A stretch of 64,000 nt of DNA, taken from a virus (taxonomy: Duplodnaviria > Caudoviricetes). Positions 61,782-64,000 of the stretch are shown here, piece after piece. The first letter of the stretch is position 1. Every line of letters starts with the position of its first letter. Location of the stretch: the IMG/VR virus record IMGVR_UViG_3300032030_000047, positions 1-64,000 of that record. One strand, given 5' to 3'. Below the pieces are notes generated by a model. That model was not told where the DNA came from and did not search any database. It saw only the letters and a program-made list of their open reading frames with translations. The translations under genes and the position numbers were made by a program.

Positions 61782-64000
61782 TTAGATCGTTAAGATTTGA
61801 CTAAACTTCAAGCCGCGAGAATCAACTTGATTTGTTGTATTATTATTAACACCGGCTTTCTTTAAGACATAGCCAAAGTTGAAACCGTTATTAACAATTA
61901 CTGAACGTGTCCAGTATTCATCGGCTTCGAGCCATCTACCAGCAGGAGCGCCTTGTGTAGATGCGCCTAATCTAGCATCAAAAGTCGTAGAAACGGGCTA
62001 TAAGCCTAATGCTTGCATTTCTGCTGTAGTGACAAAAATGTACGTATAGGTTGAACCCGCCTTTTCCATTACATAAATATCTCCGCTGCGTAATTCGTTA
62101 GTCTTAATGTAAATACTATCTGCTACAGTAGTAGAAGATGGTACTACAGTACTAGAGTTAAGTTCTCTAAATACGCGCATACGATAATCGCCCTCGCCCC
62201 AAGAAATTGCTTTATTTGGGAAACGTAGATTTAAGTAATACATAAAGTCGCTACTATTACTAGTATTTACAGTCCAACCATTAGCCTAATAATCATAGAC
62301 AATAATATTGTCTAAATCTAGCCAAGGTAGCGGCGCAGGCATATTATTTTCTTCTAAATTTTTATATACAGAATCATTTATCAATACATGCGCTAAACTA
62401 TATGGACGTATATAATCACGCGTAATGCCACCACTATTAGATAAGCTATAAGTAAAGCCCATTTGTGGATCATAAACCATGCTACCAATAGTATAGGCAG
62501 TTTCGTCTTTGCATAATATAGATTGTAATGCAATTGGTAAACCACCAACGACACGCGTATTCATAATAGTATCTAATGAAGAATTGCCCCATCCAAAACC
62601 GTCACTCTATACTCTACCTTGATAATAAGTGCCATAAGCAAGTGTAGATAGAGAAGCTAGGTTGATTGAACTCTTAGCCGTATTACCAATCGCGCGAACA
62701 GAAGTAGTGGCATTATCACTAAGATAGGATAAACCATATGTAATTTGTTCATGCGGCCAGTTGGCTAAGCGCTTACATTCACCTTGACCTAAATCCTCGG
62801 GCCAATATTTCATCCAATAAATCGTGCCTTTACCATTGGAAACTTGGCGTGTTGCACCGTCTGTAGAATCAGCGCCACTACCTAATTGTCCAATATTAAT
62901 ATAGGCATCAGAATTATAATTCTGCCAATTAATTGGATATACAGCAACTTCAGAAGCTACATTAGAGCCATTTAGACCATAGTAAACATACAAGGTAGGC
63001 TCATTCGCGGGATGACGTAATACAACCATATTTCTCATGCCTAGCGTTGTACTTGAGCCAATTTCTACAGACTAACTCGCCGCATTATACATATCTCCGA
63101 AACCAATACGAGGCCCAGAAATTGTATTCCCGGATTTTCCATAGAATAGACCAAAGCCATTCTTAATGCCGCTACTAATATCACTATAATAGCAACTGAC
63201 AAGAGTGCTATAGTTTGTAGTAATACTTTCTGTCATTTCCTCATTGAAGCAGAAATCTATGGCTAGTGTGAATGCATCATTATCAGTACGTAACGGTTGA
63301 ATTGTGGTAGCATATGGTCTAAAGTTCGCACCATCAGTACGTAATGGAGTACTAACTAACTCAGTACCTTCTACTATACTATCCGCGCCCATAGTGCATA
63401 TCATGCGATTTACACCAGTTTCAATCTTATCACTGATGTTGTATGCATCTTTCATAGAGCCATCCATGGCAGATAGTACTGCTAGCTATTCAATAGAAAG
63501 ATTGCTAGTATCTGCAAACAACGTATTAATGGAAATATTCTTTCCTTCAATCCAATTTGCATGAATTGCATAATAAGTATCCGCCGCGGTTGGATTAATA
63601 TTGGTAGGTAATTTCTCCCAGCCATTAAAAATCTTATATGTTACATAAGCGCCATTAAAGTTAATAGAGCAAGTTTCAAAATTGGCAGCATGAATTTCCT
63701 GTACTGTAGGAGCTTCTTGGTCATATCCGCCGCCATAAGCAACTAGCCCAGGACTAGTCTTTACCAAACGTCCATCTGGCTCTTTATCTAAGTACCACTT
63801 AATCTAATATGTACGCGGTACCGCCCTAAAGTACGTAATAATACGTAAATTAGAGAAGACATAAGGAAGCCCGGTTTGAGAGATTGGCTAACTAGAGCTG
63901 CTTAAATGCCATCCTGAATATTCAATATATTCACTAGTAAAGTCATCTCGGCTACCAAAAATATAAGATTCACGTTCTGTCTAAGGCTTTGTCGGCATCT
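61782..64000 (-). CDS. C-terminal part of a large virion-associated protein (code 15), partial
   Basis: Five track fragments in one frame separated by TAG; ends TAA 61782. Confidence 0.7.

Noticed and set aside
1284-63564. Plus-strand ORFs in the track
   Set aside because: They overlap well-supported minus-strand genes or tRNAs, lack RBS and show no recognisable motifs; treated as shadow ORFs.

Overview
This is a 64-kb segment of a large tailed bacteriophage genome. Sigma-A-like promoters, GGAGG ribosome-binding sites and the lysis genes point to a Firmicutes host (inference). Essentially all real genes lie on the minus strand, and the plus-strand ORFs in the track are shadows. The phage reads TAG as Gln (code 15): paralog pairs inside the window align TAG with Gln, fragmented ORFs rejoin in frame, and a CUA-anticodon tRNA lies at 33146-33233. 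In transcription order (right to left) the window holds a lysis cassette and tail/fibre module rich in in-frame TAG, then a two-radical-SAM / CXXX-repeat-peptide cluster, then a 13-kb array of about 30 tRNAs interleaved with Y-RNA-like and other structured ncRNAs, then an RNA end-healing/sealing gene set (kinase, phosphoesterase, methyltransferase, nucleotidyltransferase, Ro60-like DUF2828, RNA ligase). The most unusual signal is three tRNA genes (Gln, Asn, Arg) split in the anticodon loop by inserts that are neither group I introns nor BHB introns. Two inserts fold as self-contained tRNA minihelices and one carries a PD-(D/E)XK endonuclease ORF. All folds and family calls were made by eye without searches. 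Code-15 joins were checked for frame consistency but not codon by codon throughout.
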